A DNA stretch of 64,000 nt. Source: a virus. The first letter of the stretch is position 1, and each line of letters begins with the position of its first letter. The translations under genes were made by a program, and so were the position numbers. Below, in pieces: positions 52,374-60,205 of the stretch. The notes beneath the pieces were generated by a model that made no database searches, was not told the origin of the DNA, and was given only the letters and a program-made list of their open reading frames with translations. The stretch is from positions 1-64,000 of IMG/VR virus record IMGVR_UViG_3300045988_171958; one strand, 5' to 3'.

Positions 52374-53846
52374 ATGAATGTGATATTAGTAAGTGGTGGA
52401 TTACAGACTAGATTTAATGAACTTTCTTGTTTTCCTAAGATATTGTTGCCATCAAAAGATGGAACACCAATTTTGATTAAGCAATTAGATTATTTTGATG
52501 AAGCAAATACAGTAAGTATCGTTGTAAATCAAAAATTTGCAAAGATCATGAAAGCTTATATTGAAATCAATCATCTTAATGTTGATGTGATTGTATCTGA
52601 TAATACTAATGGTTCAGGCAATACTTTAGCTTCTGTATATGATTGGCTTCCAAAAAAGAATGTTTTGTTTTTCTGGTCAGATATTTTGTTTGATAATGAT
52701 GAATTCAAATTGGATAGAAAAATTGAAGATAAAGACAATTGTGTGATTTTTACTGTAAATGATGCAAAATATCGATATAAGATAGAAGATGGTAAGATTG
52801 TAAACAGATCATTTGCTTATGATGGAAATATCCCAGGTATCTTTTGGATCAAAGATATTTCAGAGGTTATTCCAACTAAACCATGTGATGAAAATAAAGA
52901 TTTGATTGATATCATTCAAGAAAAAGTGAATGATGGTATGATTACTTTTGTTGAGTCAAATATCAATACAAAGATTACTGAATATAAGTCATTATCAGAA
53001 TATAAGAAGATTATGTCAACTTCTTATCAGAAAGATTTAGTTTTACCTACTGATATGGAAGTTTCGTATACTGATAAAGAATCCATGCAATATGTAGCAA
53101 AAACAAATGAGCATTTGAATTATCAATATGACTGGATTTCTTTTTTATCTTATAATCCTGGAATTAGTGATTATGTTGTAGATATGCCAGTAAGTAAGAC
53201 AGAAGACGGATACGTTTGTGATATGCACAATCTTGAAGGATATACACATGCATCAAAGGTAAATCTTACTAATCTTTTAAACAATTTTGTAAGATATAAA
53301 GTAGATGTACCATTGTCAACATCTGTAAAATTTTTGTTAGAAGAATATAATGGTAAACCACTGAAGGGGATTTGTGATACATGCAGACTTTTTGAAAATA
53401 ACAGAACATTTGCAGAAGTTCAAACACTTATAGATAATGCATGTAATCTTCTTATAGATGGTTTAGCGAATGATGAATGGGTATTAACTCATGGAAACAT
53501 CAATTCTCATAATGTTCTTGTAAATATGACTGGTGATATCAAATTGTATAATCCAGTATCAAGAAGAAATGGATCTTTTTTCTGCCATCCAATTGTCGAC
53601 CAATCAGAAGCTTATATGGTAGAGATTGGATTAGATGAAGCTTTGAGAAAGGAAATGACATATAAAGTAGATGAACTTCCAAAGATAGAAGATTGTGATG
53701 TGTTTATTGAAACTGCTATCTATCTTCATTTACTTGGTATGCTTCCAATGTTTGCAAAAGATATTATGAAATTGAATATTGTATTGGAGTATGCTATTTC
53801 AGGATTGTCTAACATAATTAATGAATGTATTGATGGAAACAAGTAA
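52374..53846 (+). CDS. Bifunctional sugar-1-phosphate nucleotidyltransferase / APH-fold kinase
   Basis: The N-terminus ILVSGGLQTRF...FPKILLP is an NTP_transferase G-loop. The C-terminus LTHGNINSHNVLVNMTGDIKLYNP is a kinase catalytic loop. Confidence 0.6.
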   Translation: MNVILVSGGLQTRFNELSCFPKILLPSKDGTPILIKQLDYFDEANTVSIVVNQKFAKIMKAYIEINHLNVDVIVSDNTNGSGNTLASVYDWLPKKNVLFFWSDILFDNDEFKLDRKIEDKDNCVIFTVNDAKYRYKIEDGKIVNRSFAYDGNIPGIFWIKDISEVIPTKPCDENKDLIDIIQEKVNDGMITFVESNINTKITEYKSLSEYKKIMSTSYQKDLVLPTDMEVSYTDKESMQYVAKTNEHLNYQYDWISFLSYNPGISDYVVDMPVSKTEDGYVCDMHNLEGYTHASKVNLTNLLNNFVRYKVDVPLSTSVKFLLEEYNGKPLKGICDTCRLFENNRTFAEVQTLIDNACNLLIDGLANDEWVLTHGNINSHNVLVNMTGDIKLYNPVSRRNGSFFCHPIVDQSEAYMVEIGLDEALRKEMTYKVDELPKIEDCDVFIETAIYLHLLGMLPMFAKDIMKLNIVLEYAISGLSNIINECIDGNK

Positions 53847-53931
53847 GTTTAAGACATCAAGAAGAGTATTGAGAGAAGGTTTGACTTGGGCTGATTATTT
53901 TAAGTCCAAGCATACCTTAGAATATATCAAT

Positions 53932-54414
53932 ATGAAGAAAATCATAATTTCTGACTGTGATGGTATCTTGACTGATGGAAATATGACTTATGATGACAAC
54001 AGAAAACGATTTAAAACCTATGGTTGCCATGATAAGGAATTATTCAATATTGCTAAAGACCTTGGATGGGAATTCTTATTTGTAACAGATGATAGGACTG
54101 GATGTGATATTACAGACAGAAGAATAAGTAATTCTTTCATGTTACATGTTACAGAAGCTGATCCAAATGAAAGAGAAAAATTAGTTAAGAAATATAGGGA
54201 TAATGGATACATTGTTGCTTTTATTGGAGATAGTCCAAGTGATGTATCAGCTGCTGTAGCGGCAAATATATGTGCTACTACAGATAATTGCTTTGAATAT
54301 ATAAAACCATTTTTTCATTATGTTTCTAAATATCAAGGTGGACACGGAGGATTTGCTGATATATTATATCAACTAATGCTAATGGATAAAGATGATCTTG
54401 AAATCTATAAGTAA
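53932..54414 (+). CDS. KdsC/YrbI-type HAD phosphatase
   Basis: IISDCDGILTDGNMTYD...FKTYGCHDKE and IGDSPSDVSAA (HAD motifs I and IV of the YrbI subfamily). The start was set at ATG 53932; 53821 or 53833 are possible. Confidence 0.65.
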   Translation: MKKIIISDCDGILTDGNMTYDDNRKRFKTYGCHDKELFNIAKDLGWEFLFVTDDRTGCDITDRRISNSFMLHVTEADPNEREKLVKKYRDNGYIVAFIGDSPSDVSAAVAANICATTDNCFEYIKPFFHYVSKYQGGHGGFADILYQLMLMDKDDLEIYK

Positions 54415-54425
54415 ATCATAAAATC

Positions 54426-54470
54426 AATACTGTATTTTTAATTTAGAAATAAATTTAAATACAGTATTTT
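54426..54470 (+). terminator. 12-bp hairpin ending 2 nt before the next start codon (terminator, attenuator or processing site)
   Basis: AATACTGTATTT (54426-54437) pairs with AAATACAGTATT (54457-54468), followed by TT and then ATG 54471. Confidence 0.45.
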
Positions 54471-55700
54471 ATGATTAAACATATAGAAGAACCTAGTGGA
54501 AAGGGAAGAATAGCATGCATATCTTTACCAGTAAGACATATACTAGTGAATAGAGACAATATCACCATGTATAATGTATATCATTATTGGAAGTATTTGA
54601 CAGAATTTTTGAAATATGATAAAGTATATATATTGACAACATCGTTGTCTAATTCTGGTGAAAAATATAATAACATATTGAAAGATTGCCCATTGATATA
54701 TGGAATTGAAAAGAAAGACTTGTTATTAGATTATCATATAAATGACATGTGGATTGTTCCAGCTCAGACAAATATATTTGGTGGAATGGCTATTATGACC
54801 TTTCCATTTTGTATGAATAGAATATATGAATGGTGGAAATCAAAATCTGCATCAGATAAGATGATATTCATTAATGATGATCCAGAAGTATGTAAGCTTT
54901 GGTTTTTCCGATATCATACTAATCGTTATGCTATTAAGAAAGATGCAAGGATAGTGTGGAAACAAGGAATAAATCAAGATAATTGGAATACAGAAATTGA
55001 TTTGTTAGAATCAAGATATGATGATATATGCAATATGGAAAATGATTTTGATTTGGCATTTTGTGGATTAGATTATGATAAATATGTTAAAGAGTATGGG
55101 ATAAAGGTCTTGCCAAAATCTTGGTTTAATTTCAATGTTTACTATTACATTACATTAAATGATGATTTAGATTTGAGAATGAGAAATTATGACTTTAATG
55201 ATAAGAAATATTCTGCTTGCTATTATGGATATATTAAAGATTTAGATAGAATAGCTAGAACAGAAGAATTTTACAGTAAAGTTGATAAGCCATTTTTAGT
55301 AATTAAAGGAGGTAGTAAGAATTTCTTTAAACATGTAGATTTTGACCATGATATAGATCTTGTAAAAAATATGCCTTATTCAGATTTGCTAAAATTTGTT
55401 CCATCAAATGCTAAGTCTTCATTAATAACACATAACAAATGTATATTGGGTAATCAAGTATCACCAAGATGGTTTGATTTGATGCTTATGGATATTGTAT
55501 GTTTTGTTGACGAAGCTTTTGATCCAAACCATGAATTGTGTGATGATTGGCTTTATGAACATACATATTGTAAGAATGGACAAGATTATGCAGACAAGCT
55601 TAAGAAAATAGAAAACAACGAACCATTATATAGAGAGATTGTTCAAAGACAACGTAAGTTTGTATTTGAAAAGTATGAAAAATATCTCCCGAAATTCTAA
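54471..55700 (+). CDS. T4 beta-glucosyltransferase (GT63)-like DNA glycosyltransferase, paralog B
   Basis: Phage versus T4 BGT (recalled from memory): PAQTNIFGG / VNSSINFFGG; KMIFINDDPEV / KIYYLFTDIRLPF; YSACYYGYIKD / LDVIYGGSFRSG; VSPRWFDLMLMDIVCFVDEAFDPNH / ITLRVWETMASDAVMLIDEEFDTKH. Confidence 0.6.
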   Translation: MIKHIEEPSGKGRIACISLPVRHILVNRDNITMYNVYHYWKYLTEFLKYDKVYILTTSLSNSGEKYNNILKDCPLIYGIEKKDLLLDYHINDMWIVPAQTNIFGGMAIMTFPFCMNRIYEWWKSKSASDKMIFINDDPEVCKLWFFRYHTNRYAIKKDARIVWKQGINQDNWNTEIDLLESRYDDICNMENDFDLAFCGLDYDKYVKEYGIKVLPKSWFNFNVYYYITLNDDLDLRMRNYDFNDKKYSACYYGYIKDLDRIARTEEFYSKVDKPFLVIKGGSKNFFKHVDFDHDIDLVKNMPYSDLLKFVPSNAKSSLITHNKCILGNQVSPRWFDLMLMDIVCFVDEAFDPNHELCDDWLYEHTYCKNGQDYADKLKKIENNEPLYREIVQRQRKFVFEKYEKYLPKF

Positions 55701-55731
55701 TTTATATATAAAGTATATTAAATTGATTAAT

Positions 55732-55821
55732 ATGAAATGGGTAGAAAATAAAACACAGATTCCTATTTATGGATATCAAATATCTACAGATGGTAAGAAG
55801 TATATTTATGTTTGTAAATAA
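55732..55821 (+). pseudogene. Possible remnant of a NUMOD4-type homing endonuclease N-terminus (29 codons)
   Basis: MKWVENKTQIPIYGYQISTDGKKYIYV resembles the E.W..I.g...Y.vS..G.v motif. It is too short to be a functional HNH enzyme. Confidence 0.25.
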
Positions 55822-55823
55822 AA

Positions 55824-56426
55824 ATGGAAAAAATTCGGATCATAGTTCTTGAAGGTTGTGATAGAACCGGTAAAGGAACATTATTGGAAAATTTAAAGAA
55901 TAGATTTGATGATTTTTTAGTATATAATCCAGTATCAGCAGAGAAGGAAAAGGTAGATTATAAAAATCCACAGAAATTTGAAGAGTGGATTAAGAAAACA
56001 ATTCGTAAAGTACTTGATGACTTATATACTATGTCAAAGTTGAATGGTACTGATAGACCTATTGTAATGGATCGTCTTTTACTTACAGATAACGTATTTG
56101 CAGATTTATTTGATCGTAAACATGTAGTGGAAAAGTATTTTGGTAGAGAAATTGAAGCAAACTTCAAATTGACTAATTACATTATGCTTTGGAGAAATCC
56201 AGAAGAGTATAAAGATCGAGTAAATTTGTTGAAAGAAAATCAAGATTTTACAGAAAAAGAAATTGATGATATTCTAAGTTTATTCAATGAATATAAGAAA
56301 TCAAATGATATAGTAAAGTTGATTGACAATACAGATACACCAGAAGATATATTAGATGATTTTGTATCAACATTTATTGAAGAAACCCCTAAATGGAAAT
56401 TAGAACATGATAGTACAACACACTAA
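55824..56426 (+). CDS. Thymidylate-kinase/dNMP-kinase-like P-loop kinase
   Basis: IIVLEGCDRTGKGT (EG.D..GK.T P-loop) and MDRLLLTDNVFA (DR..S..aY-like). Confidence 0.55.
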   Translation: MEKIRIIVLEGCDRTGKGTLLENLKNRFDDFLVYNPVSAEKEKVDYKNPQKFEEWIKKTIRKVLDDLYTMSKLNGTDRPIVMDRLLLTDNVFADLFDRKHVVEKYFGREIEANFKLTNYIMLWRNPEEYKDRVNLLKENQDFTEKEIDDILSLFNEYKKSNDIVKLIDNTDTPEDILDDFVSTFIEETPKWKLEHDSTTH

Positions 56427-57009
56427 AACATTGAATTATACAAAACCTACAGATTTGTTCAATTATATTATAGATACATATAAGGATGAACAGTATATGA
56501 AAGATTATGTTCTTAGTGCATCTAGAACAGAAATTTTAGAAGATTATACAAGTAGGAAGAAGGTAATGGTAACTGATGTTTTACCGTTAGGTGAAAAGGA
56601 CTATGATAAAGATGCATTAGATTTTGCTACACAACTTGGATGGGAATTTACATTATATTCAGATAATAGTATATGCCCATTATATGATGAACAGGATTGG
56701 TTAGCAAGTTGGAATTGCTACCATTATGATGATGTAGAAAAAATATGTACTTATATTCGTTCAAAGAGAAATAATGGATATACAACAGCATTCATTGGAT
56801 ATAAGATGGAAGATGTATTTGCAATGTTTGAAGCAAATTATAGTGGTACTTGTGTTGATGCATTACAATATACAAAGCAATATTGTGATTTTGTATCTGA
56901 TAGGACATTCAATTCATTTGCCTTTGCTGAATTGTTAGTACATATAGTAAAACAAGATGTGAAGAAATTCTTAAGAGAAAATTTCCAAAAATATTTTATT
57001 AAAAAGTGA
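56407..57009 (+). CDS. Degenerate KdsC-like HAD-fold paralog (nucleophile motif lost)
   Basis: It shares LGWEF, IGYKMEDVFA and the C-terminal F.FAELL with the 53932 gene, but SDCDGILTDG is replaced by VTDVLPLGE. Confidence 0.45.
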   Translation: MIVQHTKTLNYTKPTDLFNYIIDTYKDEQYMKDYVLSASRTEILEDYTSRKKVMVTDVLPLGEKDYDKDALDFATQLGWEFTLYSDNSICPLYDEQDWLASWNCYHYDDVEKICTYIRSKRNNGYTTAFIGYKMEDVFAMFEANYSGTCVDALQYTKQYCDFVSDRTFNSFAFAELLVHIVKQDVKKFLRENFQKYFIKK

Positions 57010-57015
57010 AAAATA

Positions 57016-57052
57016 TTTGAAATATTCTTGAATAATTCTATATTATATATGT
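57016..57052 (+). promoter_or_regulatory. Extended Bacteroidota-type promoter
   Basis: TTTGAAAT at 57016-57023, N12, then TTCTATATTATATATGT at 57036-57052. Confidence 0.55.
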
Positions 57053-57081
57053 TAATTTTAATTATTTAATTTAATTTAATT

Positions 57082-57450
57082 ATGATGACTACATTTGTTA
57101 AGAAATATAATTTTGCTAAGTTCATTAACTTCATTAGATCAATTGATGGAGATTTCAATAATGCTTCTATTGAATATATTACTGATGCAATATATGATGA
57201 TACATACGATAATAATGAAGATGAACTTGTCAATTCTGACAAGTCTGGTATCATAGATGTATTAGATATCATTAAGACAGCAATGACAAAGAAAAGAGCT
57301 AAGAACATTACTGTTACTATTGCTGATGATGAATATATTGATGATGTAATTAATGTTTGGATGAAACTTGACAATAATCCTACTTATGTTTTGTCATTAT
57401 GTAAAGGAATTTATGAAGAAAAGATAAATGAATGGTTAGAGCTTAATTAA
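57082..57450 (+). CDS. Hypothetical acidic protein
   Basis: 122-aa ORF downstream of the promoter. It is preferred over the antisense 102-aa ORF. Confidence 0.6.
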   Translation: MMTTFVKKYNFAKFINFIRSIDGDFNNASIEYITDAIYDDTYDNNEDELVNSDKSGIIDVLDIIKTAMTKKRAKNITVTIADDEYIDDVINVWMKLDNNPTYVLSLCKGIYEEKINEWLELN

Positions 57451-57505
57451 GTTCTGCCATTTCTAATTGATGTTTAATAATTTAAAAAGTAAAATTAAAA
57501 GAAAA

Positions 57506-58639
57506 ATGAAGAAGTTTATTTTAACAATGTTGCTGGCTTTGACAGCAGTATTTAGTGTTAATGCTCAGACACAGTCTAATTATGCTGGTAGTTCTAAGTT
57601 TATGGACAATGTTTCTGTCGGTGTAGTTGGTGGTGTTGAGACTAATCTCAATCAGTGGAATTGGCCACATGGTGCTGTAACTGGTATTGTTATCAATAAG
57701 GAAATTACTCCAGTATTTGGTGTAACACTTGAAGGTACAACTGGTATCAATAACATTACTAATTGGAATAATGGATATCGAACTAGTTGCAGCAATGCAT
57801 TTGATACTTGGTCAGTAATGATTGCAGGACGTGTAAATCTTACTAATGCTATTTGGAAGTATAATGGTAAGCCACGTAAGTTCGAAGTAGAGACTAATAC
57901 AGGTATTGGATACGGTAATATGCACCATGCTTATCATATTGATGGTCTATGGAATGATCCAGAGCATCTTGCAAACCATTACATGTGCAAGCTTGGTCTT
58001 AATCTGAATTATAACGTAACAGATGCATGGACTATTACTTTGCGACCAGCAGTTATTTATGCTATTAGTGAATATAATGGAGCAAATTTTGATACACGTA
58101 CTTCTGTAGCACAGCTTACTGCAGGTATTGTATATCACTTCAAGACAAGCAATGGTACTCGATCATTCAATAAGGCTAAGCTTTATGACCAGGCAGAGGT
58201 TGATATGTTGAATGGAAAGATCAATACACTTCAGAAGAATCTTAATGATGCAAATGCAACTATTGAGGTAATGCGTGATTCTCTTACAAAGACAAATACT
58301 TTGATTGAGACAAATGAGGTAACTAAGATGGTATATCCAAAGATTCAGTTTAAGAAGGGTACAGCTAAGATTGAGTCAACATCTATGGCTAATATTTATG
58401 ATATTGCTGATGCATTAAAAGATGTTGATGGTACTATCAAGGTAACTGGATATGCTTCTACTGAAGGTTCTACTAAATATAATAAAGAACTTTCACTCAA
58501 GCGAGCAGTAGCAGTTAAGAATGCACTTATCAAGGCAGGTGTTGATGCATCAAAGATTAAGACTATCGGTGCTGGTCCTGTAAATAAGTTCTCTCCTGAT
58601 AACCTTGAGTTGAATAGAATTGTTACAACAGAGAAGTAA
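57506..58639 (+). CDS. OmpA-family outer-membrane protein (signal peptide, beta-barrel-like N-domain, coiled coil, OmpA_C domain)
   Basis: MKKFILTMLLALTAVFSVNAQ, then C-terminal FKKGTAKI...VTGYASTEGSTKYNKELSLKRAVAVKNALIKAGV. The gene is visibly GC-richer than its flanks. ATG 57506 is preferred. Confidence 0.75.
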   Translation: MKKFILTMLLALTAVFSVNAQTQSNYAGSSKFMDNVSVGVVGGVETNLNQWNWPHGAVTGIVINKEITPVFGVTLEGTTGINNITNWNNGYRTSCSNAFDTWSVMIAGRVNLTNAIWKYNGKPRKFEVETNTGIGYGNMHHAYHIDGLWNDPEHLANHYMCKLGLNLNYNVTDAWTITLRPAVIYAISEYNGANFDTRTSVAQLTAGIVYHFKTSNGTRSFNKAKLYDQAEVDMLNGKINTLQKNLNDANATIEVMRDSLTKTNTLIETNEVTKMVYPKIQFKKGTAKIESTSMANIYDIADALKDVDGTIKVTGYASTEGSTKYNKELSLKRAVAVKNALIKAGVDASKIKTIGAGPVNKFSPDNLELNRIVTTEK

Positions 58640-58666
58640 CATTAAATAAATCCTCTGAGAATTGTA

Positions 58667-58703
58667 AACAAAAAAGCTCAGACCCAGGGTCTGAGCTTTG
58701 TTC
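58667..58703. terminator. Bidirectional intrinsic terminator
   Basis: AAAGCTCAGACC-CAG-GGTCTGAGCTTT (58673-58699), a 12-bp GC-rich stem with an A-run upstream and TTTGTT downstream. Confidence 0.8.
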
Positions 58704-58721
58704 GTATATAGATTAAATAAA

Positions 58722-59192
58722 TTAATACAATTGAATATGTTTTTCATTATCTGAGTCTTTTCTCATGATACTTGAAAAATTAGAATATCTACCGACAGTT
58801 TTTATTATCACATTACATTTTTTGAATCTAGGATCTGCCCAAGAAACGAACCCAACAACAGTCAACGGTAATTTTCTATCTGTTCTTGCATCCATGATAA
58901 CAAAAGTCATAGGTTCTTTTTCTCCATAATGAGATACCTTCAACTTACCATCTTTCAACATCTTCAATATATCATCTTTAGCGCCCATTACAGCTTCAAT
59001 AATTTCAGGATCTTCAATTTTTCTTTCAGATTTTTTATCCTCAACATGAGTTCCTGTCATTATGCTTATAGGAGAATACTTGTATGTTCCTTTGCTTTTA
59101 TCAAATACAGGCCAAATTTTCTTGTTAGCTTCAAATACGAAACCCAAGTCAATTTCCAAAGATTCTGATATATATTGTGAAAAATTTATCAT
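58722..59192 (-). CDS. Hypothetical protein
   Basis: ATG 59190-59192 (MINFSQY) is preferred. The track's longer N-terminus would run through the divergent promoter. Confidence 0.65.
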   Translation of the reverse strand: MINFSQYISESLEIDLGFVFEANKKIWPVFDKSKGTYKYSPISIMTGTHVEDKKSERKIEDPEIIEAVMGAKDDILKMLKDGKLKVSHYGEKEPMTFVIMDARTDRKLPLTVVGFVSWADPRFKKCNVIIKTVGRYSNFSSIMRKDSDNEKHIQLY

Positions 59193-59196
59193 AGTG

Positions 59197-59233
59197 TTTG
59201 AAATTTTCGAAAGAAATTCTATATTTATTATGT
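59197..59233 (+). promoter_or_regulatory. Extended Bacteroidota-type promoter
   Basis: TTTGAAAT at 59197-59204, N12, then TTCTATATTTATTATGT at 59217-59233. Confidence 0.55.
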
Positions 59234-59253
59234 AAAAATAATAATGATTAATA

Positions 59254-59586
59254 ATGATAATTAAAATGAAAAGAAACATGAACACTTCAGTAAATAAAAT
59301 CGAGAATACAGTACGTCACTTCGCTAATAAGATGGGTATCAAGTTGACAGAAGTAGAAGTTGGATTTGTACCTTCTTATGAATATGAAGTTTATGATAAT
59401 GAAACAGATGAAACTGACAATACTTATTCAGTTTTGGTAACTGTTGCAGATCCTCAGACCATTTCAAACAAGAAAGCAAAAAAGTTTATTGCCCAGTTGG
59501 AAGGAATGTTCTATGCAAATAAGAAGTGCAGAAAAAACAATGAATCATTATTTGTTTACTTCGATAACTATGATGTTGAAGACTAA
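59254..59586 (+). CDS. Hypothetical protein
   Basis: 110-aa ORF. Confidence 0.7.
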   Translation: MIIKMKRNMNTSVNKIENTVRHFANKMGIKLTEVEVGFVPSYEYEVYDNETDETDNTYSVLVTVADPQTISNKKAKKFIAQLEGMFYANKKCRKNNESLFVYFDNYDVED

Positions 59587-59613
59587 TGTTTTATTCTTAA
59601 ATAGAAAATAGAA

Positions 59614-59883
59614 ATGGCATCAGCAAAGATAAGAAATATAGAAAAGTGTAAAGAAGAAGTATTAGGTATTTGTTCTAAATACCAATTGAATGTACTTGAT
59701 ATATCATCAAAAGAAGTTCAATTAGATGATTTGCATAAAGAATATGTAATTGATATTTCTACTGATTGTAAAGATGATGATATCTATGACAAAGTCTATA
59801 CAAGATGTGGATTCATTAATGAAGAGCGTTTGCCTGATGCTGATCTTACAATAAATTTAAATGAAGTCAATATATTAAAATGA
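59614..59883 (+). CDS. Hypothetical protein
   Basis: 89-aa ORF. Confidence 0.65.
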   Translation: MASAKIRNIEKCKEEVLGICSKYQLNVLDISSKEVQLDDLHKEYVIDISTDCKDDDIYDKVYTRCGFINEERLPDADLTINLNEVNILK

Positions 59884-60203
59884 ACAAGTTAAAGAAGAAT
59901 TGGAAAGAAATTTTGATTGCAATCTTGATATTGTTTGGAATGAACAAATGTACAGTAAGTTGCAATAGAGGATCAAAATTGAACAAAGCTAATCAAGAAA
60001 TTGCATATAAGGATAGTTTGAACAAAGTAATGGCAGATTCTATTAAGTCATTGAATGTTACTATTGCTAATTTATTGGATAAGAATGGTATGTTGTCAGA
60101 ATTTAATCGCCAGCAAACTAAGTCTGATTCTCTCAATAGAGCTACACAGAAGGAACAGCTCAATCAAGTAAAGAACATGGTTAATCGTCTAAAAAGAAAG
60201 TAA
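59880..60203 (+). CDS. Membrane-anchored coiled-coil protein (spanin-like architecture, function unproven)
   Basis: N-terminal TM segment ILIAILILFGM followed by a coiled coil. It overlaps the upstream stop by 4 nt. Confidence 0.6.
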   Translation: MNKLKKNWKEILIAILILFGMNKCTVSCNRGSKLNKANQEIAYKDSLNKVMADSIKSLNVTIANLLDKNGMLSEFNRQQTKSDSLNRATQKEQLNQVKNMVNRLKRK

Positions 60204-60205
60204 TT

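Noticed and set aside
48577-57009. A classical Kdo/CMP-Kdo pathway (KpsF-KdsA-KdsC-KdsB) for capsule or LPS mimicry.
   Set aside because: No Kdo-8-P synthase or CMP-Kdo synthetase-like sequence could be recognised. The cluster instead contains two T4 BGT-like proteins and a nucleotide-kinase-like protein, which favours DNA modification. The Kdo option is not fully excluded without searches.
57066-57374. The - strand 102-aa hydrophobic ORF antisense to 57082..57450.
   Set aside because: The + strand ORF lies 30 nt downstream of a consensus promoter copy (57016-57052), and the - ORF has no upstream signal. This remains a minor ambiguity.
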